A stretch of 64,000 nt of DNA from Eledone cirrhosa (taxonomy: Eukaryota): assembly GCA_964016885.1 (NCBI GenBank), contig OZ024747.1, positions 62,930,001 through 62,994,000 on the forward strand, written 5' to 3'. The notes under the pieces are model-generated. The model was not told where the DNA came from and ran no database searches. It worked only from the letters and a program-made list of their open reading frames with translations. Position 1 is the first letter of the stretch; each line of letters starts with the position of its first letter. This document shows positions 1 through 12,350 of the stretch, in pieces. A program made the position numbers and the translations under genes.

Positions 1-300
1 AATGTTTATCTGGAAACATACCGTGTTTCTTTAGAAATATGAAATTTCTATACATATCTGTATACAACTATGCCTGAAGCTTAATTCTAATTCTCTCTCT
101 CTCTCTCTTTATATATATCTATCTATATATTTATATATATATATAAGCAAGATGTATGGTAGGTCGTATGTGAATCGCGATGATCACGCCTGACCTACCA
201 AATATGCGACGGTAGCTAGTTAAGCTCTATGCGTATAAGCAGAGCAGAAATATTAATGAAAAAGAACAAAGGAACTATTATGACATTATAACAAGTTTAT

Positions 301-347
301 TGCCGACAGCCGTTTCGTCCGACCCCATGGTGGGACTTTTCAAGGCA
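301..347 (-). ncRNA. Type I minimal hammerhead ribozyme (U3-A8 covariant core)
   Basis: Minus strand: tgcc-TTGAAAA-gtcc(caccatggggtc)ggac-GAAA-c-ggct-GTC-ggca. Stem I tgcc/ggca, stem II gtcc/ggac, minimal stem III, GUC cleavage triplet. Confidence 0.75.
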
Positions 348-1156
348 TATAACAGGTGATTGTAAGTTCATTATTTACATCAACGTTTCACTCAAGATTA
401 GCAGTTTGAAATTGTGGTATACATCAGCAGCTCCGCTTGTATATTTGGGGTCTATATTCTAAGGGGGCTCTTTTATATTAGTTGTAGGAGTTGTAAACGG
501 GATGGGTTATAGGGAGTTAAGAGAATTTGAAAAGGGCCTAAGAGTCAGGGATTGAAGGTTAAAAATTAGAGAATTTATAATTTTCACATTTAAAGTAAAA
601 GACTTGGGATCTCGTAGAAGCACCTTAAAAAATCCCTCAATAAGTGCATAAAGCTTATAAGCCCCAATAAACCTAACAAATCAGAAGAGATTAAGAGACT
701 AATAAAATAAAAAAAATAAAAATATAGAGTTTCCTAAAAAAATATAAAGTTTCCTAAATAATTCCTTCAAAAGAAAAAATTTTTTCTAAGAGATCACGTT
801 AAAAAATTTCAGAAAATTTACGAAGTTTTGATAATCCCTACTAAAGTTCTAAACTCAGAAATTAAAAATTAAAAATTAGGGAAAAGAGCTTTCAATAAGA
901 TTTCACAGGTTAATAAAGTTAATGATTTAGGGAGTACATATTATAAATATTAAGATTTAATTTAGGATTTGAATTTTAAGAGTTCCAAACCCCGAAAGTA
1001 AAAAATTTAATGAATTTAAGATTAAGCAATCTTATATATCCATGATTAAAAATTAACGATTAAGGGGTTGAACATTAAATTTAATTTTAAAAATTAAGAA
1101 ATAAATAGTTGAGTGAAACGTTGATGTAAATAATGAACTTACAATCACCTGTTATA

Positions 1157-1203
1157 TGCCTTGAAAAGTCCCACCATATGGTCGGACGAAAAGGCTGTCG
1201 GCA
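1157..1203 (+). ncRNA. Hammerhead ribozyme, mirror copy (stem III C>A substitution)
   Basis: tgcc-TTGAAAA-gtcc...ggac-GAAA-a-ggct-GTC-ggca. Confidence 0.6.
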
Positions 1204-1267
1204 ATAAACTTGTTATAATGTCATAATAGTTCCTTTGTTCTTTTTCATTAATATATATATATATATA

Positions 1268-1339
<72 letters not shown>

Positions 1340-2095
1340 ACTACTATTAATTAATATTGCCCCAGGCGATGTCACAGGATCTAGATCTCTGGTCTTATGC
1401 AGTAATACAGAATACGTCTTCACATGTGCAAGGGTTGAAGCATACATCTAGTATGCACCACTTTCTCCTTCCTCTCCCTTATGTTTATCTTCTACATCCT
1501 AACACCCAACCCATCACTAGATAAGTTCCCCACCCCACCATAGATTTACCTTTCCAATCTCCACTCACCATCCTCATCCCAGCCCCCAGATCACACTATA
1601 AAGTGGTAATTTTGGTGCCACAACAAAAAGTGCCTATACTATTGGTGTTTAGTTTAATCTGTTTTAAGTCAACTGCTGAGGGACAATATTCTAGGGAGAA
1701 AGGATAGGATGAAGTGGTTAGTGTGGGGCCCTATAATAGGGAATACAATATGGTTGATGTGAGGAGGTGAGACATCCTGAATGGAGTAGTAGAAAAAGCA
1801 TTATAACCAATGAGATTAACCCTTCCATGACTATATTTCTAATGAAATACACACTATTTTAATTAATTAATGAAGAATTTTGAGGGATTTACTAAAATTA
1901 TTAATTATTTCATTACTAAGATAGTAAATTGATGTAGGGTTCTCATATGAAATTATGATTGCTGAACTGGATGTCATGTTGTGTTCTTGAGCAAGACATT
2001 TCATTTCATATTGCTTTTTATGACAGGACGAGGGCACCTATCATTAAAATACCTCTGAGAAACCTCTATGAGACTTAAGCTGTGAGGGAGTGAAT

Positions 2096-2332
2096 TAACC
2101 CTTTCATGACTGCATTTCTAATGAAAAACACTCTATTTTAATTAATTAACGAATGATTTCGAGGGATTTACAAAAATTATTAATTATTTCATTACTAAGA
2201 AGAAATTTAATGTAAGGTTCTCATAAAATTATGTTGAAAAATTTTAATTTAAATTGGAAACCTTTAAAATGGGTCGTTTTATTTCATAGAACCAGAGCTA
2301 GTTTTGGTCTGGGTTGGTAACTAAAGGGTTAA
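2096..2332. mobile_element. piggyBac-type MITE (family 1); related partial copies near 1816, 3420, 8500-8663, 18360-18520, 25675-26153, 33465-33700, 46650-46905, 48930-49280
   Basis: TTAA-CCCTTT...AAAGGG-TTAA termini (TTAA target plus CCC/GGG ends) with an AT-rich non-coding body repeated across the window. Confidence 0.6.
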
Positions 2333-2417
2333 AGTATATTTAATAAGAACAAAAGCAGTGTTGGTAGTTGTAGTAGTAGTGTTGGTGGTGGTAGGGGTAG
2401 TAGTGTTGCTCGTTACA

Positions 2418-2644
2418 TTAACCCTTTAACATTTACATTACTCTATATATACTATTGTATTTCTGCAGTAAAGGCTTTATATTACATATTTATCTCTCAA
2501 TATTGAATCCACAAGATTTTGATGTTATTTTTTTTGAGAAAAATACCTTAACGTTGGTATGAGCAGCCAGTTACAGCCAGTTTGAACAGAAAGTGGTGAG
2601 AGAATTCTGGCTGGTTATGGCCAGTTTAAATGCTAAAGGGTTAA
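2418..2644. mobile_element. piggyBac-type MITE (family 2); further copies ~34039-34240, 35343-35530, 47847-48072, 48580-48808
   Basis: Termini ttaaccctttaacattta ... taaatgctaaagggttaa; shared ~225-bp internal sequence in five places. Confidence 0.7.
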
Positions 2645-3569
2645 CAATAGTATTGGTAGAAATAGCATTTTATTTTTATGTTATGTATACAATGAAGAAA
2701 TCTACTCATTTTTACTATTTTCATAGGATCATTAAGCAGTTTATTACAAGAGTTAACTGTCTTGCTATATTAACATACAATTGTGTGTTACAATAAATAC
2801 GTGTATTTCTATTTTCTAGTTTTTCTGTGTAAAAAAAATTGAAACAGATGAAATTATGTGCTTTTATTTTTTAGCCAATGATGCAACATTATATTAAACA
2901 ATGTTCACATAAAGAACTAAGTCTGAAATCTCCAGACAAGCCATAGCATGATCACTCATCCTACCTAATCATCTTCTATGCTTCTTTTAGAGGGACGTTT
3001 TTGGTTGTGTTTTTTTATATAAAAATCCAAATAATAAAGAAAAACTATTTGAAACTAAAACTAATCTGCAAAACACCACCAAAAAATTGAAGTGGTAAAA
3101 AACAACACAACATGGAATATAAAATCTTTATCAACAAAGATTTTTCAATTAATGGCCAAGCAACACAAAGGATATTTGGTTTTGAAGAAGTTTAAACTAG
3201 AAGAAATATAAAAAAAAATGTATCATAGAACAGAAGACCATTTGCATTAATCCACGTTTGGTTGAACAAAAAAAAAAGGGCAAGTCGGTTAATCAATTTA
3301 ATGTTGGGCTGTTCATATTCTCTGCTGACTTATAGAGTTAGAGAAATATAGGAATAAATTTTGTTTCAGTTTCCATGTAGAGGAGTAGATACCTTTAGTA
3401 GATTTAAAGGAGGAAAAGTTTAATCCTTTTGTTATCATATTACTAATAAAAGAAACTATTTATATTATTCAAATCATTTTGAAAATAATCAAGAATTGGT
3501 AGTAATTGACTAATATAACTTTTTTTCATTATTTAGCTGACGTTTGGAACATAAAATTCTGATTATAGA

Positions 3570-3885
3570 AATGACTGAGGAAGGATGGGGTGATGACATC
3601 ACACACTGGAGATGACTGAGGAAGGATGGGGTGATGACATCACACACTGGAGATGACTGGGAAAGGAAGGAGTGATGACGTCACACACTGGAGATGACTG
3701 AGGAAGGAAGGCGTGATGACATCACACACTGGAGATGACTGAGGAAGGAAGGGGTGATGACGTCACACACTGGAGATGACTGAGAAAGGAAGGGGTGATG
3801 ACGTCACACACTGGAGATGACTGAGGAAGGAAGGGGTGATGACGTCACACACTGGAGATGACTGAGGAAGGAAGGGGTGATGACA
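3570..3885 (+). repeat. 41-bp minisatellite, ~7.5 copies
   Basis: Unit gatgactgaggaaggaaggggtgatgacgtcacacactgga repeated with few substitutions. Confidence 0.95.
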
Positions 3886-5259
3886 ATCTACAGAAAACAG
3901 CACGTAACATTCACTACACTTGTATGTACAATGTGCACATACACATATACACATATGCGTCAGCGTGTTGAAAAAAATTCTAATTCAAATATAAATGCTC
4001 TAAAAACAGCTTATTATTGTAAAACCAAATAACTTGTCAGGTGTGTTGCTATCAAATGGGTTAATCCACATTACGTTGTACAAAAAGGAAAGCTTGTTAA
4101 TAAATTTAATGTTAGTAGTGGAAACTGGAAATTCCACGGACGAAAAAATTAAGAGGTGCTATTTAAGATGTTCATCTAGCTGTATATAATCTCTTCTCTC
4201 CTGTTGTCTTAGTCTACCTTGCTCTAAAACAATATGTATACACACACAATTGTAATGAATTGTGTGTATATATGTGTATATGCATATGTATACATTTATT
4301 TGTATGAGTATATAAATATAAATGCGCAAACTCACATACTCACACAAAACATACACACAGACTCACACATACAAAAGTGTAGCAAATCTTGGAACACTCA
4401 TTGCTATAGCGTTTCACCAGTTCCTTCCTTCTTCAATCATTACATAGATATGTGTGTATGTAATAATTATTTTGTATGTGTCTATTTATGAATATGTATG
4501 AGTAGATGTGTGTGTGTGTTTGTTTGCATTTATGTTGTCTGTGTATCTGTTTATGTATTTATGTGTAGATGTGTGTGTATGTAACTAAAGTGTAACGTAT
4601 GAATGAATGGACAAAACGTACCAAGAATTATAAGATAGATACTGTTCATATTTTTAGTGACTTATAGAGATTCCATACAGTGGTTTAAGCTGTTAATATT
4701 TTTAAAAGCTGCTTTTATTCTATCTTTAAGTACTAATATTCTACCTTCATTCAATTCTATTTAGCAACTCTTAGGCAGCATTGTTTTCTATTTATGATAC
4801 TAACATTTGAGAGATTAACATTTGAAAGATACTAATATTTTGTTTCAATACTTCACAAAGTTGAAACTAAATAAAAATACTGACATTTTCCCATAAATTT
4901 CCATTAACATGGAAGTAACCTTTACATTTGTTTTCAGTACAGTGACAAAAATATCTTCCTTTTCCAGCTTTCCTATCTAAATGATAGCAAAATCCATTCT
5001 GTAGAATGTACTTTTGCTCTTTCTCCAATGAAATCCACACTGTATGACAATTTCATTTAGTTGCCATTTGGTAAGGTGTTGCAGGAAGAATTAGTAAGAT
5101 AAAATGTTAGTAACATAGAAAGAAGACAATGTCATTTTAGAAATCTCTAAATCTATTTCTGGAATCATACTTAAACATAGAATAAAAGAAATATTTAGAC
5201 TATCAGCAATTTTCTGGAGCTGGTGAATTAATGCACCAGCATTCAGTCTTCAGAATGGA

Positions 5260-5750
5260 CGTAGGTGTAAATGCCAAACTTGCTATTTTCAAATTGCAGT
5301 TCATGCCTACGCTTAGCTATAGTCATGAATTGGGTAATGACTGAAAGAATATGGCTGTAAATGTAAGTAGCTTAAATGTGATTCATCCAAAGGGTCTTTG
5401 GGGTAACATTACTCAATATGGTGTGTAGTTCTGAGATCAAGGATTCCCTCCAGCTAGAAATGCTACTTTTCCAAACTGAGAGAGGACAGCCCCTGAACTA
5501 TTGATGTGTGGTTAGAATGACAAAGAAAAGTATTGCTTGACAGATTTTACAGGCAAAGCTAACTAGCAGGAGACCATGAAGTAGATCACAATCAAGATGG
5601 TTGGATAACATCCAAAAGCTCAGCTGGTTTTGCTTGGGGATCCATCTGGATCCTTTAGAGATGGTTGATTCTGATAGGATCCTTTGGAGAGTAAGTCTGA
5701 AAACTCTTCCTCCACAACCCTCACAAGAATAAATGGGCAAAGAAGAAGCA
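5260..5750 (+). pseudogene. RTE-clade (Expander/Rex3-like) LINE ORF C-terminus and 3' end; shorter copies at ~8110-8380(-), 13565-13740(-), 30985-31085(-), 45790-46025(-), 63110-63455(+)
   Basis: Disrupted translation AKLAIFKLQFMPTLSYSHE..VMTERI...FIQRVFGVTLL...SSEIKDSLQLE...RRP.SRSQSRWLDNI...DRILWRVSLKTLPPQPSQE*, followed by a gaa tail. Confidence 0.8.
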
Positions 5751-6479
5751 ATTTCAACCTCTAAATATTCTTCAGTAGTGATTGTTGAGAGCTCAAGTGA
5801 AAATAGGTATTTAATTCTCTATTGATAAAAATTCCATATGATGGAATTGAACCCAAATCTATGTTGCTGGGAAACCAACCTTTTAACCACACTGCTACAA
5901 CAGTGCCTATAACATAAGGAAACATACATTAGCTAATTTCCATACCAAATATTTCTTCCTCAAATCTACAAATATAAATAGAGTACACAACATAGGAATA
6001 TTAAAAAAAAAATAATTCCTTGCAGAATAAAACTTCCATTCTTTTTTCTTTATCATTTCTATTTGAATATATGAAAATGTTTCATGCATTTATTCCCAAT
6101 ATTCCGTTCTAGATGAATATTTAAAATTATACCATTTATAATTTATTAGATTTAAATTGAGGTATTATTTATGGGTTCTGCCTCATTGAGTTTGTTGGAA
6201 GGAAAATGGAGCTGAACTGGAAAATTATGTAATGTTCCAACAAAATATTTCTTTTTCTAGAAATTGCAAATGTAAAAACGAGTCCTTTTGAGGCTTGAAG
6301 AACTTAAAAGATTAAAGTGACTGCCATATATAAAACCTGCAAAAAAATATTTTTGGGAATGACAAATACATTTAATTTGAATAAAATTACTCCTGTTTCC
6401 TTCATGTCCTAATCATGGACCTGAATTACTATGGGTTTATGAACTAAGTTTAAAATTTCAAGTACTTGGCAAACACACA

Positions 6480-6870
6480 TCACCATTATCATGCTTGACT
6501 CCTCTGTGGGCAGTCGGAACTCTCTTGACAATCCCTTTTCACACTGTTTGGTCCTGCATTGCTGTCCCCAGATCCCTTATGTCCAACCCTGAGTTTCGCG
6601 CTATGGTGTCTGGGAAAGTCAGTTTTCGTGAATAAACACATCTAGAGGGATGCCACAGAAGGAGAGATGAAATGATTTCTTTGCCACCATGATGACAGTA
6701 ACCAGAAAATTGTAGTCTTTTTTGCTTGAGTCTGAGGGATATTGGAATCAAATATCCATAGATGGTTTCAAGTGTTGTGTGTGATCTTCAGCTTATGTTT
6801 TGGATTCTTCTGAGCAGATTTGTATATGCTCCACCCAGCCGTCTTTCAAGACGAACAGTTAAGGTCCACA
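6480..6870 (-). pseudogene. RTE-like LINE ORF C-terminal fragment
   Basis: Minus strand WTLTVRLERRLGGAYTNLLRRIQNIS*RSH...IYGYLIPISLRLKQKRLQFSGYCHH..EIISSLLLWHP...LGTAMQD matches the typical RTE post-RT domain pattern (RRL.F.GHC.R). Confidence 0.75.
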
Positions 6871-6989
6871 TGGTATATGCTCACTATTGGCATTCAATTC
6901 TTTTTTAAGCATAAAAATTTCCATTTTATGCCTGTTACTCTCACTGGGAGGACTATTTGTAGTGTGGAACATTCATATATGTAAAAGAG

Positions 6990-7375
6990 GTCCTTGTTAG
7001 TGAAAGACTATGGAACCAGCACCACTCTAGACCTACTGTATATATATACTTGTTAGTAAAAGAGTTAGGAACCACCACCACCAGCACCACTCTAGACCTA
7101 CTGTATATATATACTTGTTAGTAAAAGAGTTAGGAACCACCACCACCAGCACCACTCTAGACCTACTGTATATATATACTTGTTAGTAAAAGAGTTAGGA
7201 ACCACCACCACCACCAGCACCACCCTAGACATATTGTGTATATACTTGTTAGTAAAAGTTTGGAACCACCACTACGACGATAGATATACTGTATATATTA
7301 CTTGTTAGTGAAAGCGTTTGCAACCACCACCACTTCCACCAACACTACCACCACCACTCTAGACATACTGTATAC
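6990..7375 (+). repeat. ~66-bp minisatellite, ~5-6 copies
   Basis: Unit tatatatacttgttagtaaaagagttaggaaccaccaccaccagcaccactctagacctactg, diverging at both ends. Confidence 0.9.
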
Positions 7376-7534
7376 CATTTATCTGTTAATGCAGAGGAGG
7401 AAAAAAGCTAAAATTTTCATTGCATGGAGTATACTACAAACACTTGGATTAATAGACCTTCATTTAATGGATTTTATTATATAACATCTTCATCTTATAA
7501 ATAATGTTAACCCTTTCATTTTTATATTTTTGAC

Positions 7535-8090
7535 TGGTGTGTTGGCAGTATTTATAAAGCACAAAACAATCTGTTTTGTGGTATTTAGTTAAAGCTCTTT
7601 ACATTCTGAGTTCAGCTTTGCATTTCATCTTTACGAGGTCGATAAAATAAAGTACTAGTAATGCACTGGGGTTGATAAAATAAAGTACCAGTAATGCACT
7701 GGAGTCGATTTAATTGTCTTCCTCCTCCACGAAAATTGTTAGCCTTGTGCTAAATCAGAAATCATTATTATAGCGGGTCGGACGCCATGCTTTCATGCAT
7801 AGAGTTACGGCTCTTGCTATTCTGAATTCAAATCCCGCCGAGGTTAACTTTACCTTTCATCTTTACGGGGTCGATAAAATAAAGTACCAGTAATGCACTG
7901 GGTAATTGCAAAAATATAATAATTGTTTCTACTATTGGCAAATAGTAGAAACAATTATTATATTTTTGACTAGGGTGATGGGTTGACAGTATTTGAGGAA
8001 CATCAGAGAAACTGCTTTGTGGTATTTAGTTATGACTTTCTACATTCTGATTTCAAATCCAGCCAAAGGCAACATTGCCTTTAATATTTC
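7535..8090 (+). mobile_element. Tandem cluster of SINE family A
   Basis: Repeated motif ...ttctgagttcaaatcccgccgaggttaactttgcctttcatccttacggggtcgataaaataaagtaccagtaatgcactggg...ccttgtgc...gaaacaattatt. Confidence 0.8.
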
Positions 8091-9167
8091 CAGAATCTTC
8101 TTTTCCTTCTTCTTCTTTCTCCACTTATTCCTGAGAGGGTTGTGGGGGCAGATTCCTCAAACACTCCTTCCAGCAGATCCTGTCAGGAGCAACCGTCTCC
8201 AACTGATCTGGCTGTATCCCCAAGTGAGACCAGCCAAGCACATGGATGTTATCCAACCATCTTGATCGGGGTCTACAGCTATGATCTCTCAATTTGGAGA
8301 AGTACTGGCTCTACCTAGAGTGACATTTTGATCTCCGAGATACGCACTCTATCGGGTAATGTTATTCCAAAGACCTTTTCCAGAATCAATAAAATGAATA
8401 CCAGTTAGCCAATTAAATCAACTTTCTACTTTCCTTAAATTGCTGAACTTGTGCAAATGTTAGGAAGAATAATTATATTTTTAATGAGATCTACTGTCTG
8501 TTTTCCAAATAATTTTGAAAATAAGATTTTGAGAGATTTTGTAAAATAACTCTGTTGCTAGTAAGCTGGTATGTTACATAATATTCTAGGATAAAGATGA
8601 GCAGGTTTAAAATGGGTGGTTTTATATCTTAAAACTTGAGTGCATTAATATCAAAAGGGTTAAATAATAATTCCTTTTACTTTTTTCATTGATATGAAAT
8701 GAATAATTTGAAATATCTGAATATTTTAAAGAATTACTGAAGCGTATATGACCTTTCAGATAACAACCATTTTATTAAAAAAGTGAATTTGGGGCAAAAA
8801 CATTCACCATGACTGCCTCCATCAATCAATTTGCCCAAGGGAACACTGGAATATCAAAGTCACATCTCAATGCATATTTTGAAAAGTTGGTTTTATCTCT
8901 CACTCTCTCGCCTTTTTCTCTCTCTTTCCTTGCAATCATTTCCAATACACAACTGCACTATTAATGAATAATAAATATAATTGTTAGATTTGAAAATTCT
9001 ATTGTCAATGCCTGTCAAAAGTAAAAGTAATGCAAGGAATGTTGAATAGAAACTTAATTGAACTATTTTTCTACTATTGATCTTATGAAACAAAAAATTG
9101 AATTCTCTCATTTTCTACAGATATAAAAATTATTAAAATTTATTATTATTATTATTATTATCATTAT

Positions 9168-9635
9168 TAGGCAGTGGATTGGCAGAATCCAAAGAGGTCA
9201 ACTTTGCGTTTCATCCTTATGATAAAATAAAGTACCAGTCATGCACTGGGGTCAATTTAATCGACTTTCCCCTCCCCCCAAATTGCTGGCCTTGTGCCTA
9301 TATAAGAAACCATTATTATCGAATCCCGTTGAGGTTAACTTTGCCTCTCATCCTATAAAATGAAGTACCAGTAATGTACTGGGATAATTGCTGGCCTTGT
9401 GCCAAAAAGTAGAAACAATTATTATAATCAGTAGTGCTGGGCACCCTGCTTTGCAGGATAGAGTTACATCCCTTTACGTTCAGAATTCAAATCCTGTCGA
9501 GGTTAGCTTTGCCTTTCATCCTTACGAGATCGATAAAATAAAGTACCAGTAATGTACTGGGGTCGATTTAATCGACGTTTCCATTCCTCCCAAAAATTGT
9601 TGGCCTTGTGCTTAATTCAGAAACCATTACTATTA
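9168..9635 (+). mobile_element. Tandem cluster of SINE family A (3 partial copies)
   Basis: Same consensus; copies separated by (att)n tails. Confidence 0.85.
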
Positions 9636-10059
9636 TTGTTTTTATTATTATTATGTGGATTTCTGATTGAGTCACACATTCAACAATCTGTTGTGAGGGA
9701 GGAGTTGATTAAACCAACCCTAGAACAGGACTGCTTTGTTATTTTATTGATCCTGGAGGATGAAAGACAGTTTGACTTCAGTGTGTGTATAACTTAGAAT
9801 CTAAAGAGCTTGAACAAATAACAGAAGGAATGTTGTTCAGCAATCTAATGATTCTAATATAGACACAAGGTCAGGGAGTTTTGGAGAAGAAATTGGTTTA
9901 TTAAATCTGCTCTAGTATTTCACTGGTACTTTGTTATTGATCTTGGAAGAGAAGGATAAAATGTAAAGTTCAACTGAGCAAGACTTGGATTCAATACAAT
10001 CACTCTAATTATCTAATGATTCTGTCAGGTGTTAATGGTAGATGTGAAGAGTGTACTAA

Positions 10060-10410
10060 TGATCGTGGTGGTAGTAAGGCTTGCAGCGATGATGATCATG
10101 ATGGTGGTGGTGGTGGTGGTGATTCTTGCAGAGATAATGGTCATGGTGGTGGTAGTGATGCAGAGATAATGATGCTAATGGTGGTAGTGATAGTGATGCA
10201 GAGATGATGATGATGATGATGGGGTTAGTGAGTCTTGCAGAAATGATAATGATGGTGATGATGGTGGTGGTGGTGGTAGTGAGGCTTACAGAGATGATAA
10301 TGATGGTGGTGGTAGTGGTAGTTGCAGTGATGTTTATAGAGATGATGATGATAATGGTAGTGGCAGTGATACTTGCAAAGATGGTGATGATGATGGTAGT
10401 GGTGGTGGCA
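10060..10410. repeat. (GAT/GGT)n low-complexity trinucleotide region (also 10810-11020)
   Basis: Degenerate gat/ggt triplets; source of the poly-M/V/H/D ORFs. Confidence 0.9.
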
Positions 10411-10424
10411 GAAATACCAACAAA

Positions 10425-10807
10425 AATAATTGTTTCTATATTTGGCACAAGGCCAGCAATTATCCCAGTGCATTACTGGTACTTTATTTTATCGACCCCG
10501 TAAGGATGAAAGGCAAAGTCAACCTCGGCGGGATTTGAACTCAGACCATAAAGGGCCGTAACTCTTTGCTGCAAAGCATGGTATCCGACTCTCTACCGAT
10601 ACTGCCAATCCACCGCCCTATAATTGTTTCTATTTTTGGCACAAGGCCAACAATTATCCCAGTGCATTACTGGTACTTTATTTTATCGACCCCGTAAGGA
10701 TGAAAGGCAAAGTTAACCTCGTCGGGATTTGAACTCAGAATGGCAAGGGCCGTAACTCTATGCTGCAAAGCATGGCGTCCAACCCTCTACCGATACTGCC
10801 AATCCAC
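10425..10807 (-). mobile_element. Two tandem full-length SINE family A copies
   Basis: Two ~190-bp units ending ...gatactgccaatccac on the plus strand; tRNA-like A box (tggcagtatcgg) and B box (gagttcaaatcc) on the minus strand. Confidence 0.9.
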
Positions 10808-11504
10808 GGTGATGAAAAAGAGATGGATTATGATGCTGATGATGGCGATGGCAGTGATGTCTGCAAACATGATGAAAAGAAAGTTGATGATGATGATGAT
10901 ATGGTTGTTGATGATGACAATGAAGATTATGATGGTAACAGAAGTGATGACAACTATGAAGATGATGATGAGGTTGCTGAGGAGGATGAAGCAGGCAGGA
11001 GGAAGAGGAGGAATAATGGCGAGGACATGTAATCTTTCATGATATATGCAAGGTGGAATATTTAACTTTCTAAACATGAGGAAACAGATCTGTTTAACGA
11101 AATCAACTTCTCTTTATCATTTCTGATCATATTAAATGAGGATTCTTCAGTTGCTATGTCTGTAACTAAGCTGTTTGTTGCTTGAGCAATTCTCAAACCT
11201 TGGTAATTACTTGAGAATCAATATCTGTGCTGTTGTTAAAAACGGTCTGTAAGTTGAGAACCAAAGCACCAATATGCAATGGTATAGGATAACTTAGGAA
11301 ATGTTTGTGATATGGCACTGATAAATAATTTCTGATGGTTGGACAGCAACATGAACACTGCTGGACTAAAATTAAATACCTTATCATATCTAGTCTGGTG
11401 CTTCTATGATACGTACTGTGGGTGCATACATAGCTGTGATGTTATAAAATCAGCAACTTTATATATGGAAAGCCAGAGGTGCAGTAAATTAAACACTGTG
11501 GTTA

Positions 11505-12350
11505 TAACAACAAAAGTAAGACACTAGTTTGAATATGTCTGTATATAATAAGAATAATTCCTCTGAAGATGGCCAGAAGGTATAACAACTGAAATATTGT
11601 GACTATAACAACTAAGATGAGGACACTAGTCTGTATAAATCTGTGTATAATAAGAATAATTCCCCTCAAGATGGCCAGAAGGTATAACAGCTGAAATATT
11701 TTATTACAGTCAGGATGGATATTTGACACTTTCACAAATGAATTTGACACATTTTGAAATACACTTTTATTTCATTGTGTGTATGTCATATCGAATGAAT
11801 AGAAGCAAACACACACACACGTACACCAGGTCCGAACACAAAGGAGTCAAACTCCCAGTGTCATCACCTCCATATCTCTCGCCCTCCCCATCGCTCACTA
11901 TTATGAGCAAATGAGGTCCCATGCTCTGACTGCCCCATGGCCCTGGTGGAAAATGGAGAAGGCGTTTCCCCAGAGGATGGTGAGGGAGATGCACTGGAAG
12001 GGCTACTCCATTTCGCGAGGCTCACACCTGGGGCTAGCCAGCTCAGTGCCCATGGTGGTGAGTAGGGAGGTAGCCCTAGGTCCAAGGACACCAGAACTCT
12101 CCACTGCTAGGAGCATGACTGTAAACCCGTCAGAAAATGACCGATACTTGGAGAGTTTACCCTCCTCAGCCTAAAGTGCAGCAGAGCCTGGGTTAGTCTC
12201 AGAGATATTGTAACTGTAACAACCAAGACAAGGACACTAGTCTGAATATGTCTGTCTATAATGAGAATAATCCCTTTGAAGATGGCCAGAAGGTAGAACA
12301 ACTGAAATATTGTTACTATAACAACCAAGATTAAGCTACTAGTCTGAATA
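11505..12350 (+). repeat. ~103-bp tandem repeat (about 3.5 units) with a degenerate hammerhead-like core, interrupted by an insertion
   Basis: Unit ...acactagtctgaatatgtctgtatataataagaataattcctCTGAAGAtggccagaaggtataacagctGAAAtattgtgactataacaac at ~11505-11705 and ~12203-12350. Confidence 0.7.
11820..12200 (-). pseudogene. CRE-clade non-LTR retrotransposon 3' fragment (REL endonuclease C-terminus plus 3' UTR)
   Basis: Minus strand ETNPGSAAL*AEEGKLSKYRSFSDGFTVMLLAVESSGVLGPRATSLLTTMG...EPREME*PFQCISLTILWGNAFSI matches the CRE pattern AE..K..KY...AVET.G..G..A.....QRIS..IQRGNA. Second copy at ~44810-45600(+). Confidence 0.75.

Larger units (their letters stand above)
250..1254 (-). mobile_element. 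5'-truncated Penelope-like element (PLE) remnant with inverted ~145-bp terminal repeats (pLTR-like), near (TA)n tracts
   Basis: 250-395 is the reverse complement of 1109-1254 with few mismatches, and both arms carry a hammerhead motif. The minus strand at ~430-535 reads FQILLTPYNPSRLQLLQLI*...PNIQAE, resembling the C-terminus of PLE GIY-YIG endonucleases (F.IL...RL.ILE.L.I...P.LN.Q). Inverted pLTRs at 5' truncations are an established PLE feature. Confidence 0.7.

Noticed and set aside
3570-3885. CRISPR-like or hammerhead-like appearance (CTGAGGA in each unit)
   Set aside because: No unique spacers or cas genes; no GAAA half or stems
4938-5070. Possible exon (ttttcag acceptor, gtaagg donor)
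   Set aside because: The longest frame stops before the donor; no recognisable homology
10016-11077. His-, Met-, Val- and Asp-rich ORFs
   Set aside because: Trinucleotide low-complexity repeats open in several frames, interleaved with SINEs
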